Shown here one piece after another: positions 1 to 8,869 of a stretch of DNA of 45,080 bases. The DNA comes from Chlamydiales bacterium (GTDB lineage Bacteria > Chlamydiota > Chlamydiia > Chlamydiales > SM23-39). The stretch is from the NCBI GenBank assembly GCA_035479435.1, contig DATIIR010000116.1, positions 1 to 45,080 of the forward strand, read 5' to 3'. The notes under the pieces were generated by a model. It searched no databases. It saw only the letters and a list, made by a program, of their open reading frames with translations, and was not told the origin of the DNA. The position numbers and the translations under genes are program-made. Position 1 is the first letter of the stretch. Every line of letters starts with the position of its first letter.

Positions 1-501
1 TTTACGATATTGGTTTTCGGCGGTTCACAGGGCGCGGCGTTCATCAATCAGGCGTTTTGCGCTGCGGCAAAACGGCTGCATGAAAGGGGAGAGGCCTTGC
101 AGGTGATCCATTTGACAGGAAAAGAGGATCCCGATGTACAATACCCATTTCCTTCGGTTGTGAAGCCATTTGAAAAAGAGATGGCGATGGCTTATGCGGC
201 GGCAGATCTCGTTGTTTGCCGATGCGGAGCGGGGACAACGGCTGAACTGATTCGCTTCCAAAAGCCGGCGATCTTAATCCCCTACCCGTATGCGCATGAT
301 CACCAAAGAAAGAATGGCGAATTCCTCAAAAAGGGGGCGAAGGTGTTGTTGCAAAAAGGGGTGACTCCCGAGCTTCTCGCTGAGGAGATTTTGACGATGC
401 GAAAGGAATTGGCAATGAGGACCCTCGCTTTAAAGCAAGTGGCGTTACCACAAACGGTTGATTTTGGCGCACTCGTGCGCTCTGTAGGAGAGAGAAAATG
501 A
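1..501 (+). CDS. murG: MurG (undecaprenyl-PP-MurNAc-pentapeptide GlcNAc transferase), C-terminal part; 5' end lies outside the window
   Basis: The frame is open from base 1. The translation shows the C-terminal half of a GT28 enzyme (VFGGSQGA, CRCGAGTTAEL). The stop overlaps the murC start (ATGA), in a dcw-cluster context. Confidence 0.85.
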   Translation, partial: FTILVFGGSQGAAFINQAFCAAAKRLHERGEALQVIHLTGKEDPDVQYPFPSVVKPFEKEMAMAYAAADLVVCRCGAGTTAELIRFQKPAILIPYPYAHDHQRKNGEFLKKGAKVLLQKGVTPELLAEEILTMRKELAMRTLALKQVALPQTVDFGALVRSVGERK

Positions 502-2852
502 CCTATCACTTCATAGGACTCGGCGGAATTGGCATGAGCGCTTTGGCGCGGATCTTGATGCAGAAAGGGCACAAGGTACAGGGGAGCGATATCCGCTCGA
601 GCGCCCTCCTCGATGAACTCAAAAGGGAAGGGGCGATTGTCCAGATCGGCCACAGCGCCGAAGGATTGAACTCTGCTGCGACGGTGATTTATAGCAGCGA
701 TATCAAAGAGGACAACGTCGAATTTGCGAAGGCGAAAGAGAAAAAACTGCCCGTGCTCCACCGCGCCGATCTTCTGAATGAGTTGATGAAGGGGAAAAAG
801 AATTTACTCGTGACGGGAACGCATGGCAAAACGACGACGACGGCGCTTCTCGCTGCTGTTTTGATGGAGGCGGGGCTCGATCCTTCGTTTGTGATCGGCG
901 GCCTTTTGCAATCGATGCGGACGAATGGGAGAGCGGGGGCGGGGGAGTTCTTTGTCGCGGAAGCCGATGAGAGCGATGGCTCCTTTTTGAAGACGCCTTC
1001 ATTTGCCTCCATTGTGACTAATTTAGGAAATGACCATCTCGAATATTGGGGCTCGCAGAGGATGCTCGATTTGGCCTTTCAGCAATTCATGGCGCAGAGC
1101 GAAAATCCGTTCTGGTGTTGCGATGATCCCCGTTTATTTGCTTTGAAACCGAGGGGTGTTTCGTACGGGTTTTCTGAGCGCGCCGATCTGGTGATTTCCC
1201 GCTTTAGACAGACAGAGCGGGGCATCGTCTTCGATCTCAATGAACATGCCGATATTGAGCTTTCGCTTCTGGGCCGCCATAGCGCGCTCAATGGATCTGC
1301 GGTTTTTGGCCTTGCGCTTTTGTTGAAGGTCCCCGTCGATGCGATCCGGCGCGCCTTCAAAAAGTTTTCGGGCACGGCGCGGCGCCTTGAATTGAAAGGT
1401 GAGAAGCACAAAGTGGCTGTCTATGACGACTATGGACACCACCCTCGAGAGATCGCCGCAACGCTGAAAGCCCTGCGCGATCACGTGCGCGAACGGCGCC
1501 TTCTCGTCGTCTTCCAGCCCCACCGCTATACCCGCGTCCGCGACCTTTTTGAGGAATTCACGACCTGTTTTTCCGATGCGGATGAAGTGTTCATGACCGA
1601 TATTTACAGCGCAGGAGAGGCGCCTATTGAGGGAATTTCGAGTGCGAGTCTCTACACGAAGATGCGCGAAAAGTTGGGGGCTAGAGTCCATTTCTTCCCC
1701 CGGACTCATTTGGAATCGGGGGTGGCCGGCGCGTTGAGGCCGCTCGATGTCGTTTTGACCATTGGCGCAGGTGATGTGACGAAGGCGGGCGAGCCTATCT
1801 TGAATCAATACGCAGAGCGAGCGCCCAAATTGACAGTGGGCGTCCTCTTCGGCGGCACCTCTGCAGAGCATCCTGTCTCGATCATGTCGGCGCGCAATGT
1901 CGTGCGAGGGCTCGACACTTCCGTCTACAATGTGAAACTCTTCGGCATCACGACGGGGGGCGATTGGATTTTTGGGCCCGATGCCTTGGAGAAATTAGAA
2001 CAGAAGGGAGCTGGAGGGGAGATCCCGTTGCAAGAACTCCTCAAGTGTGACGTTTGCATTCCGATATTCCATGGCCCGCAAGGAGAAGATGGGATGATTG
2101 GGGGACTGCTCGACACGCTTGCGATCCCCTACGTGGGGTGCGATTACCGAGCCGGTGCCATCTGCATGCAGAAGGCGTGGACCAAATACGTCGCCCTCAA
2201 TCACAATGTTCCCACGGCCCCTTTTGTGGAGACCGATGCCCTAACGTATCGGAAAAACCCCGAAGCGTTTATGAAGCTCCTTGAAGAGAGACTCTCCTAT
2301 CCGGTTTTTGTGAAACCGGTCCATCTCGGCTCGAGTATTGGCGTGAGTAGGGCGACGAATCGAGAAGAGGCCCTCAAGGCGATCGAATTGGCCCTCTATT
2401 ACGACGACGCGCTCATCGTGGAGAGTGAGATTTTGGGACGGCAAATTGAATTTTCTGTTTTGGGCAATGACTATGTGCGGATTGCGCCGCCGGGCGAGTA
2501 CGTCAACAATGGCGCCTTTGTCGCTTACAAAGACAAATATGGTGCGACAGCAATGCAGTTTCGCTCTCCTGCACCCCTTTCTGATGTGGAATTGGCCGTC
2601 GGCCGTGAGCTGGCGGAGAAGATGTACCGCGCCTGCAGTTGCAGGGGACTTGCGCGGGTCGATTTCTTCCTCGATCGGAACGGCTATTTTTGGCTCAATG
2701 AGATCAACCCTTTCCCCGGTTGTACCGACACGAGCGCCTACCCCATTTCGTGGAGGGCCGGCGGTATGGAGATGGCGCAGCTGACCGACGAGTTTCTCGT
2801 CCTCGCGCTGCAGCGGAGTCGCCTTCTCGCTGAAATCAGAGGCAAACAATGA
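498..2852 (+). CDS. murC/ddl: Bifunctional UDP-MurNAc:L-Ala ligase / D-Ala-D-Ala ligase (MurC-Ddl fusion)
   Basis: 784-aa ORF. The N-terminal Mur ligase half has GLGGIGMSALA, the P-loop GTHGKTTTT and DESDGSF. The C-terminal ATP-grasp Ddl half starts near aa 445 (VGVLFGGTSAEHPVS ... NEINPFPG). This single-frame fusion is characteristic of Chlamydiae. Confidence 0.95.
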   Translation: MTYHFIGLGGIGMSALARILMQKGHKVQGSDIRSSALLDELKREGAIVQIGHSAEGLNSAATVIYSSDIKEDNVEFAKAKEKKLPVLHRADLLNELMKGKKNLLVTGTHGKTTTTALLAAVLMEAGLDPSFVIGGLLQSMRTNGRAGAGEFFVAEADESDGSFLKTPSFASIVTNLGNDHLEYWGSQRMLDLAFQQFMAQSENPFWCCDDPRLFALKPRGVSYGFSERADLVISRFRQTERGIVFDLNEHADIELSLLGRHSALNGSAVFGLALLLKVPVDAIRRAFKKFSGTARRLELKGEKHKVAVYDDYGHHPREIAATLKALRDHVRERRLLVVFQPHRYTRVRDLFEEFTTCFSDADEVFMTDIYSAGEAPIEGISSASLYTKMREKLGARVHFFPRTHLESGVAGALRPLDVVLTIGAGDVTKAGEPILNQYAERAPKLTVGVLFGGTSAEHPVSIMSARNVVRGLDTSVYNVKLFGITTGGDWIFGPDALEKLEQKGAGGEIPLQELLKCDVCIPIFHGPQGEDGMIGGLLDTLAIPYVGCDYRAGAICMQKAWTKYVALNHNVPTAPFVETDALTYRKNPEAFMKLLEERLSYPVFVKPVHLGSSIGVSRATNREEALKAIELALYYDDALIVESEILGRQIEFSVLGNDYVRIAPPGEYVNNGAFVAYKDKYGATAMQFRSPAPLSDVELAVGRELAEKMYRACSCRGLARVDFFLDRNGYFWLNEINPFPGCTDTSAYPISWRAGGMEMAQLTDEFLVLALQRSRLLAEIRGKQ

Positions 2853-3712
2853 AAACCTGGACGATGCGGCAAGCCCTTTTTTGCCTCATTGGTTCGACTA
2901 TTTTTACGCTGACCATGAGCCTAACCTGCTATTGGCTCTGGTCCCATTATCGGCACCAGCGGCTGATCGATGAGAAGTATCGGTGCGTCGCTATCGTCAC
3001 GACGGGCCCCGAGAAAGAGCCCCTCAAGACCGCCTATCTCGCCGAACTCCTCGGCCTCTCTGCCGACCACCCCACGCCCCTCTACGCCATCAACACCAAA
3101 AAAGCCGAAGCCAAACTCCTCTCGTCGCCCCTCATCGCCAACGCCAAGGTGAAGCGGATGCCTCCCGGCACTCTCTATATCGATTACGAAGTGCGCAAGC
3201 CCCTGGCCCGGCTAGCCGATTACAAGAACACGGCCCTAGACAAGGAGGGGTATCTCTTTCCTGCGGCCCCCTTTTTCTCTCCGAAACACCTGCCTGAAGT
3301 CTACCTGGGGCTTCCCCCCTTCACCACGTGGCAGATTTCCCCCAAAAATCCCTATCTGCAGCTCGCCCTCGAAATCCTCTCCTTTCTCGACACGGCGCCC
3401 TGGAAAGAGGGGATCCGCATCAAGCGGATCGACGTCTCCAACGCCTTTGCCCCCACCCTCGGAACGCGCGAGATCGTCCTCTTTACTGAAGAGGAGCTCG
3501 TCTTGCCGCAGGAGGTCGTGTGTGTATTTCCGAAAATTTTGCGCCTTGCGCCTAAAGACTATCCGCAGCAGCTCAACAATTTTTTTGCCCTACGCAGAAC
3601 GATGATGGACGACTACCGCCGCCAGCTCGCATCGCTTAAACAAGGGGGGCGCTTTGCCCCCCGGATCGTCGATCTCCGCATCCCCCAACTCGCCTTCGTC
3701 GAGAAGGGATGA
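2849..3712 (+). CDS. FtsQ-like cell-division protein (single N-terminal TM plus POTRA-like region)
   Basis: 287 aa with an N-terminal TM helix (LFCLIGSTIFTLTMSLTCYWLW). ATGA overlap with the murC/ddl stop. The call rests mainly on position after murC-ddl; I recognised no sharp motif. Confidence 0.5.
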   Translation: MKTWTMRQALFCLIGSTIFTLTMSLTCYWLWSHYRHQRLIDEKYRCVAIVTTGPEKEPLKTAYLAELLGLSADHPTPLYAINTKKAEAKLLSSPLIANAKVKRMPPGTLYIDYEVRKPLARLADYKNTALDKEGYLFPAAPFFSPKHLPEVYLGLPPFTTWQISPKNPYLQLALEILSFLDTAPWKEGIRIKRIDVSNAFAPTLGTREIVLFTEEELVLPQEVVCVFPKILRLAPKDYPQQLNNFFALRRTMMDDYRRQLASLKQGGRFAPRIVDLRIPQLAFVEKG

Positions 3713-3720
3713 GCCAGCTA

Positions 3721-4191
3721 CTAATTCAAAACTGCAATTCCTGCCGCCGCTCTTGCTTGACGGTGTAAATAAGCGCTGTACGCTTTGTGTACTTCTCGGA
3801 TGGATAAGATGGAGAGTTCTAAGCCATGGTCATTGACGTAGCGCTGAAAACCAGGTTTTCTGAGTTCTAAACCGGCATCCTGATAGTCTCTGTTTCTCAC
3901 TGCATCGTAGATCTTATCCAGGCACGTCCCTCCAACGGCAAATACGGCGATCCCAGCGAGAAATCCAGTGAAACCGGTTACTGCAAGGGCAACCCACACG
4001 CCCACAACAAGGGCCGCGAGAGTATTCAATCCCTTGACGACTCGTCCACCCTCAGCATCTTTAGTGTAACATTCCGACTCGAGATTGGCTATTTCTCGCC
4101 CATCGAGCCTGCCAACAAGAGCGGGTGCTGCTGCCTGTGGGGGAGCGGGTTGCGCGGCTGGGACTGGGGGAATTGCTACTGCTACTGCCAT
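3721..4191 (-). CDS. Small membrane protein with a bilobed hydrophobic domain (Inc-like candidate)
   Basis: The ATG at 4191 has an AGGAG 6 nt upstream; the ORF-track start at 4233 lacks one. Pro/Ala-rich N-terminus (PPVPAAQPAPPQAAAPA). A roughly 37-aa hydrophobic stretch (LNTLAALVVGVWVALAVTGFTGFLAGIAVFAVGGTCL) is split by a short TGFTG turn. Confidence 0.6.
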   Translation of the reverse strand: MAVAVAIPPVPAAQPAPPQAAAPALVGRLDGREIANLESECYTKDAEGGRVVKGLNTLAALVVGVWVALAVTGFTGFLAGIAVFAVGGTCLDKIYDAVRNRDYQDAGLELRKPGFQRYVNDHGLELSILSIREVHKAYSAYLHRQARAAAGIAVLN

Positions 4192-4320
4192 AAATACTCC
4201 TATGAAATTGTTTGTTTTGGAGACCCAGTACAATAAAGATTCGATAAAAAAAAGGGAAGATAAAAAAAATTGAATTCAATGATCCCTTTTTTTATGCTGC
4301 TTGGGATAGGAGTCATACAT

Positions 4321-4551
4321 ATGGAAGAATTTGTCGCTTACCTCGTAAAAAATATGGTGAATGCCCCCGAAAAAGTCGATATCCGCTCTATGGAGGGACA
4401 AAGTGGTCTTTTGATCGAGATCCGCGTGGCTCCAGAAGATGTGGGCAAAGTAGTGGGACGTAAAGGGAACGTGATCCGGTCTCTTCGCACATTGGCTATG
4501 ACCATCGGCGCAAGACTGGGACGCAGGATCCATTTAGAAATCGTACAATAA
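4321..4551 (+). CDS. KH-domain RNA-binding protein (YlqC/UPF0109 family)
   Basis: 76 aa counted from the ATG at 4321, which is preceded by AGGAG. KH GXXG loop in VGKVVGRKGNVIRSLR. Size and N-terminus fit the family better than the upstream TTG at 4270. Confidence 0.8.
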   Translation: MEEFVAYLVKNMVNAPEKVDIRSMEGQSGLLIEIRVAPEDVGKVVGRKGNVIRSLRTLAMTIGARLGRRIHLEIVQ

Positions 4552-4559
4552 GGAACACT

Positions 4560-4907
4560 ATGGGCGTCGGTTTGCATATCTCCCTAGAGGAGATCGAACA
4601 TCGGGTGATTCTTCGCATCGATGGGAGGCTCGACGCCGCGTCGGCGCCGATTTTAGAACGAAAAATCAGCAGTTTGATGGATGAGGGTCACCACCATCTG
4701 ATTCTCGATTTTTCCCGGATCGACTATTTGAGCAGCGCAGGGATGAGGGTTCTCCTATCTGCGACTAAAAAACTCAAGGCCAAGAAGGGGGCGCTAGTCC
4801 TTTTCTCGGTAGCAGACGATGTGGGGGAAATCATTAAGATGGCGGGTTTTGACAAGATCCTTCATATCTGCTCTTCAGAGAAGGAAGCCCTGCAATTTCA
4901 CAAGTGA
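4560..4907 (+). CDS. STAS-domain anti-sigma-factor antagonist (RsbV/SpoIIAA-like)
   Basis: 115 aa with the conserved phospho-serine context DYLSSAGMRVLL. The stop overlaps the miaA start. Confidence 0.8.
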   Translation: MGVGLHISLEEIEHRVILRIDGRLDAASAPILERKISSLMDEGHHHLILDFSRIDYLSSAGMRVLLSATKKLKAKKGALVLFSVADDVGEIIKMAGFDKILHICSSEKEALQFHK

Positions 4908-5902
4908 AAACTCTTCTAGCGCGTCAACCGATCCCTCTGAGGCAGAAGGTGTTTCCCGCGGGAAAGAAAAAGCGGGTGCTCGTGATCGCGGGTCCGACAG
5001 CGTCGGGAAAGACGCAGCTTTCCCTCTCTTTGGCTGCGGCGCTGGGGGGAGAGATCATCTCCGCCGACTCGATGCAGGTATACCGAGGGATGGACACGGG
5101 AACCGCCAAACCGCCTCCCGAGGAGAGGGCCGCGATTGCTCACCACCTCATCGATATCTGCGACATCGACCATACTTTCAATGTCGCTGAATTTTACAAA
5201 CAGACGCAAGAGGTGTTCCGCGAGGTCATCGCACGGGAGAATGTCCCCATCGTGGCAGGTGGATCGGGCTTCTACATCCACGCGCTCCTCTATGGCCCGC
5301 CGAGCGGCCCCCCCTCGCAGCCCGAAGTGCGCGAGCAACTCGACCGGCAGATGCACGATCTCGGCCCCGAGGTGCTCTACGAGAGGCTGCAGCTCTTCGA
5401 CCCCAATTACGCCGCGACCATTTCTGAATTTGACCGGCACAAGATCATCCGCGCCCTCGAAATCATGGCGCTGTCGGAAAAGCGGGTGAGCGATTTCCCC
5501 AAACCCGACAAGCTCCTGGAGCAAGAGTACGATTTCCGCTGCTGGTTTATCTACTATCCCCGCGAGCGCCTCTATTCGCGCATCGAGATGCGGTGCGACG
5601 AGATGATTGGGAAGGGGTTTCTCGACGAAGTGCGCGCCCTTGAAAAAAATGGCCTGAGGAAAAACCCCTCCGCGTCCCAGGCGATCGGCTATCGGCAAGC
5701 GCTCGAATTCCTCTCTTCGCCGCAGACGGCAGCCGATCACGAGACCTTCGTTGCCAATTTTAAAAAAGCCTCGCGCCACTATGCTAAAAGGCAATTCACC
5801 TGGTTCCGCAAAGAACCCCTCTTCCGCTGGCTCAATATCGACGAGCATCCTCCCGAACGCCTCAAAGAGCTCATCCTCCAGGATTTCGAGCAAGGCGATT
5901 AA
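4904..5902 (+). CDS. miaA: tRNA dimethylallyltransferase
   Basis: P-loop GPTASGKT and DSMQVYRGMDTGTAKP; length is typical for MiaA. Confidence 0.93.
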   Translation: MKTLLARQPIPLRQKVFPAGKKKRVLVIAGPTASGKTQLSLSLAAALGGEIISADSMQVYRGMDTGTAKPPPEERAAIAHHLIDICDIDHTFNVAEFYKQTQEVFREVIARENVPIVAGGSGFYIHALLYGPPSGPPSQPEVREQLDRQMHDLGPEVLYERLQLFDPNYAATISEFDRHKIIRALEIMALSEKRVSDFPKPDKLLEQEYDFRCWFIYYPRERLYSRIEMRCDEMIGKGFLDEVRALEKNGLRKNPSASQAIGYRQALEFLSSPQTAADHETFVANFKKASRHYAKRQFTWFRKEPLFRWLNIDEHPPERLKELILQDFEQGD

Positions 5903-5993
5903 ATCAAGTAATTGACAGTGTAGTTGTTTTTATTTGAGTTTTTTTGAATTGATTCGGTCTGTTACAATACCTGGAAAATGTTGGAGGATAAGA

Positions 5994-6395
5994 ATGATTG
6001 TCAAAGAAGATGTATTGGCTTTTAGAGAGATCGCCAAACAGAGGGAGTACACGCTGGGATGCGCGTTGAGCGATCTGACAGGTGTGGGGACTCTCTATTC
6101 ATTGGGGGCCGATTGGGCTAACTCAGGGCGTCTTACGGCAATGAATTCCACGACAAAAAAGGTTCCTCCATTCAACAAACTCGTAAAAGAATATTTGACC
6201 AGCACCAACTGCTCTTTGGCCAGCAAAGTCGGTTATCTATCCAGCTTGGCCGCCGCAGCGGCGGGTTTTACCGCCGGCGTCGTAGGTGTCGCATCGCTTG
6301 CCACTCTGTTTCTCATGAGAGCCGGCTATAATTCGGTCAGTCACGCCAGCATCGAACACCGTCTGGCCAAAGCAATCGGAGGGAAATATGAGTAG
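5994..6395 (+). CDS. Small hypothetical membrane protein (Inc-like candidate)
   Basis: The ATG at 5994 is preceded by GGAGGA. C-terminal hydrophobic block YLSSLAAAAAGFTAGVVGVASLATLFLM. 8-nt overlap with the next ORF. Confidence 0.55.
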   Translation: MIVKEDVLAFREIAKQREYTLGCALSDLTGVGTLYSLGADWANSGRLTAMNSTTKKVPPFNKLVKEYLTSTNCSLASKVGYLSSLAAAAAGFTAGVVGVASLATLFLMRAGYNSVSHASIEHRLAKAIGGKYE

Positions 6396-7041
6396 GGCAA
6401 ATATAATTCTCAACGAAGCCGAACAGTTTGCCCGCAGTTTTAGTGCGCAGCAGGAGGCTTTTGCCTCGGGAACATGGACTGAGTCTGCCACTGGCACGCG
6501 CGTTGTCCACCACTACCACTGGCCTTGGCAATCCTACTATTGGTACACCCCTTTTTGGTCCGATCACTGCCCACGTCCTCCCGTAGATACATGCCGAAAT
6601 ACAGGCAAAAAAGAGGAGAGCAAAAACGATAACCTTGTGATAGGGATCGTCGCTTCAGTCGTGGCTCTAACCGCCTCCTATTTTATCGGGAAGGATTTAG
6701 CAAAGATGGACGACTCCAGCCAGAAAATCGAGGATCTTGAAGGCGAAGAGAATCTCGGTCCCAAAGTTCAGGAAGTCGTGAACATCCAGAAAAAAATGCT
6801 GGAGAATGAGTATTCGTCTGGGAATACAGGGGCGATGCTGAAGGGCGCGCTGACAGTCTCGGCGGTTACAACGGGCGCAGGGGCGTTTTTCGCCTTACCC
6901 GCTGTGATCGTATACGGGCTTGTCGGTGCAGCGGCCTCCTCAGCGGCGCTGATCGTTCGTCAGGGATACACCGATGCAGACACCACCGCTAAAGAAGATG
7001 CGTCAAGGCTGCTCCGGGCGGTCGATGAAGCTCGGAGATAG
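6388..7041 (+). CDS. Hypothetical membrane protein with a C-terminal bilobed hydrophobic domain (Inc-like candidate)
   Basis: 217 aa. One TM helix (LVIGIVASVVALTASYFIG) plus a roughly 40-aa double hydrophobic lobe (LTVSAVTTGAGAFFALPAVIVYGLVGAAASSAALIV). Unusual W/Y/H-rich stretch HHYHWPWQSYYWYTPFW. Confidence 0.6.
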   Translation: MSRANIILNEAEQFARSFSAQQEAFASGTWTESATGTRVVHHYHWPWQSYYWYTPFWSDHCPRPPVDTCRNTGKKEESKNDNLVIGIVASVVALTASYFIGKDLAKMDDSSQKIEDLEGEENLGPKVQEVVNIQKKMLENEYSSGNTGAMLKGALTVSAVTTGAGAFFALPAVIVYGLVGAAASSAALIVRQGYTDADTTAKEDASRLLRAVDEARR

Positions 7042-7097
7042 AGAGTTCCAACACCCTAAAAATAAAAAGCTTTCAAGAAAAGTCCGTTTGGATTAAA

Positions 7098-8741
7098 TTG
7101 CTTGATGCATTTCGACATTTTTCAAGGCATACTATGATTTCTTCTCCTGGTTCTTTACCTTCTGATCTCGACCCTAATCCTGAATCCCTTTCCGCACCAA
7201 GAGAAGAGAGTCCTCTTTTCAAGGAATTTGCGGAGAAATTGGGTTCTCTTCCGACCCCGGAGGAGAAAATAGCCCACGGCTTGCAGTTCATGCGAAGTTC
7301 CATTTCGCAAGAGGGGAGCCCCCGCTTCCGCGAGTTTTGGGAAGCGCGCCGTCTCGTGCTCCCCTTTTTCAAGGAAAATCTTAACCCTGCCATCCGCTCC
7401 AAACTCTGGAACGAATATGTGGAGCTCACCGTCGAAGCGAGACGGCTGAAGGAGATCCTCGAAGAGCAGAGCGCCTTTGCCATGGAGCAAATCGACCTGG
7501 CGATCAAGGCCCTGGAGGGCGATGTCGCCAATTTTGGCGCACTCCTCGCCGGCTTAGTGGAAGTTCCTTTCTCCGATGCGTCCCAGACGATCCGTCAGAA
7601 GGCAAATGTCTACGGCCAGATCCAGCGAGAGCTCAATTTGCTCAACACATTGGCGAGCCGCCTCAATGGCCTCCGCAAGGAGATCATCAAGACCGACATG
7701 AGGATCCGCTTCAAGACGAAGTTCTTCAAGCGCCTCTCCGACCTGGGCGACCACATTTTCCCCAAGCGGAAAGAGCTCATTGAGACGATTAGCGCCGAGT
7801 TTGAAAAAGACGTCGAGCAGTTTATCGCCAACCACTTCAAGGGCGAAGAGATCGTCGGAGCGCCCTACTATGCGCTGCGCGAAGAGATCAAGGCCTTGCA
7901 GAGCATGGCGAAAGTCTTCACTCTGAATAGCGCCGTTTTCACCCGTACCCGCCTGCGCCTCAGCGAATGTTGGGACAAGGTGAAGGTGCTTGAGAAAGAG
8001 CACAAAAAAGAAGTTCTCGAGAGAAAGCAGGCCTCTTCCCAGCAGCGCCAGTCGATCCAAACGAAGATCGATGCGCTCAAAGAGAAAGCGACCGAGATGG
8101 CCATTGCCGACCTCAACACAGAGATCGACGCCATTTCCGACGAGATGCGCACCATTCAGCTGCACAGAGACGATGTCCGCGGCCTCCGCGAGGAGCTCTT
8201 CAAACTCAGAGAGCCCCATCTCGCTGCGCAGGAACAGAAAGCGCGCGATCTCGAACAAGCTGAAAAAGAGAAACTCCGCATCAAGAGAGAGAAACTGCTG
8301 GCTCTTAAAGAGACCATCGCCCAACTCACAAAAGAAGGGGAGCGGTTGGAACTCGAAGCGCTCCTCGCCTCATTCGGCGAGATCGAAGCGGGTCTTGAGC
8401 AGTTGGAGATTTCCAAGATGGAGAAGCAGCAAATCGAGCGCTCTCTCCGTCCTCTGAAAGACCTGATTGCCGAGAAGAAGGAGCATTCGCTTCTCAATCT
8501 CAGCGACGATGAGAAGAAGACGCTGGAGAACTTGCGCGTTGTGTTGCAGCAGAAGAAGCAGCGGCGCCAAGAGATCAAAGACCAGTTGGAGACCTACCGC
8601 AAGGCTCTGGGAGGATCTAGCCTCGACTTCGAAAAAGCGATGCAGTACCGAGAGCTTGTCGAACAAGAGAAAGAGCGGCTCGACAAAGCCAATGCCGGCA
8701 TCCAAGAGATCGAAGCCAAGATTTCCGAACTAGAGAGTTAA
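7098..8741 (+). CDS. Long coiled-coil protein, function unknown
   Basis: 547-aa ORF starting at TTG 7098, with an alternative ATG at 7134. E/K/L/Q-rich heptad-like sequence covers most of its length. Ser/Pro-rich, probably disordered N-terminus. Confidence 0.7.
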   Translation: MLDAFRHFSRHTMISSPGSLPSDLDPNPESLSAPREESPLFKEFAEKLGSLPTPEEKIAHGLQFMRSSISQEGSPRFREFWEARRLVLPFFKENLNPAIRSKLWNEYVELTVEARRLKEILEEQSAFAMEQIDLAIKALEGDVANFGALLAGLVEVPFSDASQTIRQKANVYGQIQRELNLLNTLASRLNGLRKEIIKTDMRIRFKTKFFKRLSDLGDHIFPKRKELIETISAEFEKDVEQFIANHFKGEEIVGAPYYALREEIKALQSMAKVFTLNSAVFTRTRLRLSECWDKVKVLEKEHKKEVLERKQASSQQRQSIQTKIDALKEKATEMAIADLNTEIDAISDEMRTIQLHRDDVRGLREELFKLREPHLAAQEQKARDLEQAEKEKLRIKREKLLALKETIAQLTKEGERLELEALLASFGEIEAGLEQLEISKMEKQQIERSLRPLKDLIAEKKEHSLLNLSDDEKKTLENLRVVLQQKKQRRQEIKDQLETYRKALGGSSLDFEKAMQYRELVEQEKERLDKANAGIQEIEAKISELES

Positions 8742-8869
8742 AAATTTCACCACAGAGATAGAAACCACAGAGGTGGGGAAGCCCCACACCCCAAGAAGAA
8801 TTTGATTCCCTCCGGGGAGCGCGAGGGCTTCCCTCGCCTCTGTGGTGGCTGTCTCTGTGGTTGATTTTT
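8742..8869. repeat. Long imperfect hairpin (about 40-bp stem) built from CCACAGAG / CTCTGTGG words; possible giant terminator
   Basis: The left arm (8742-8784) pairs with the right arm (8825-8869). Each arm carries the 8-nt word twice, 15 nt apart. A T-rich run (TTTTTCTTCTT) follows. The element starts directly after the stop codon at 8741. Confidence 0.7.

Noticed and set aside
4270-4320. Upstream TTG start giving a 93-aa KH protein with a hydrophobic leader.
   Set aside because: The ATG at 4321 has a well-placed AGGAG and yields the 76-aa size typical of this KH family. The extension is probably promoter DNA.
4916-5893. 325-aa ORF on the minus strand, antisense to miaA. Similar long antisense ORFs lie at 1134-1871, 2241-2849, 7554-8324, 10294-11043, 20143-20994, 31620-32126 (plus strand, antisense to lysS), 35805-36452 and 37684-38553.
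   Set aside because: Each lies entirely inside a gene with strong motif support on the other strand. Their translations are low-complexity (R/G/P/A-rich) with no motifs or RBS. These are typical shadow ORFs of moderately GC-rich coding DNA.
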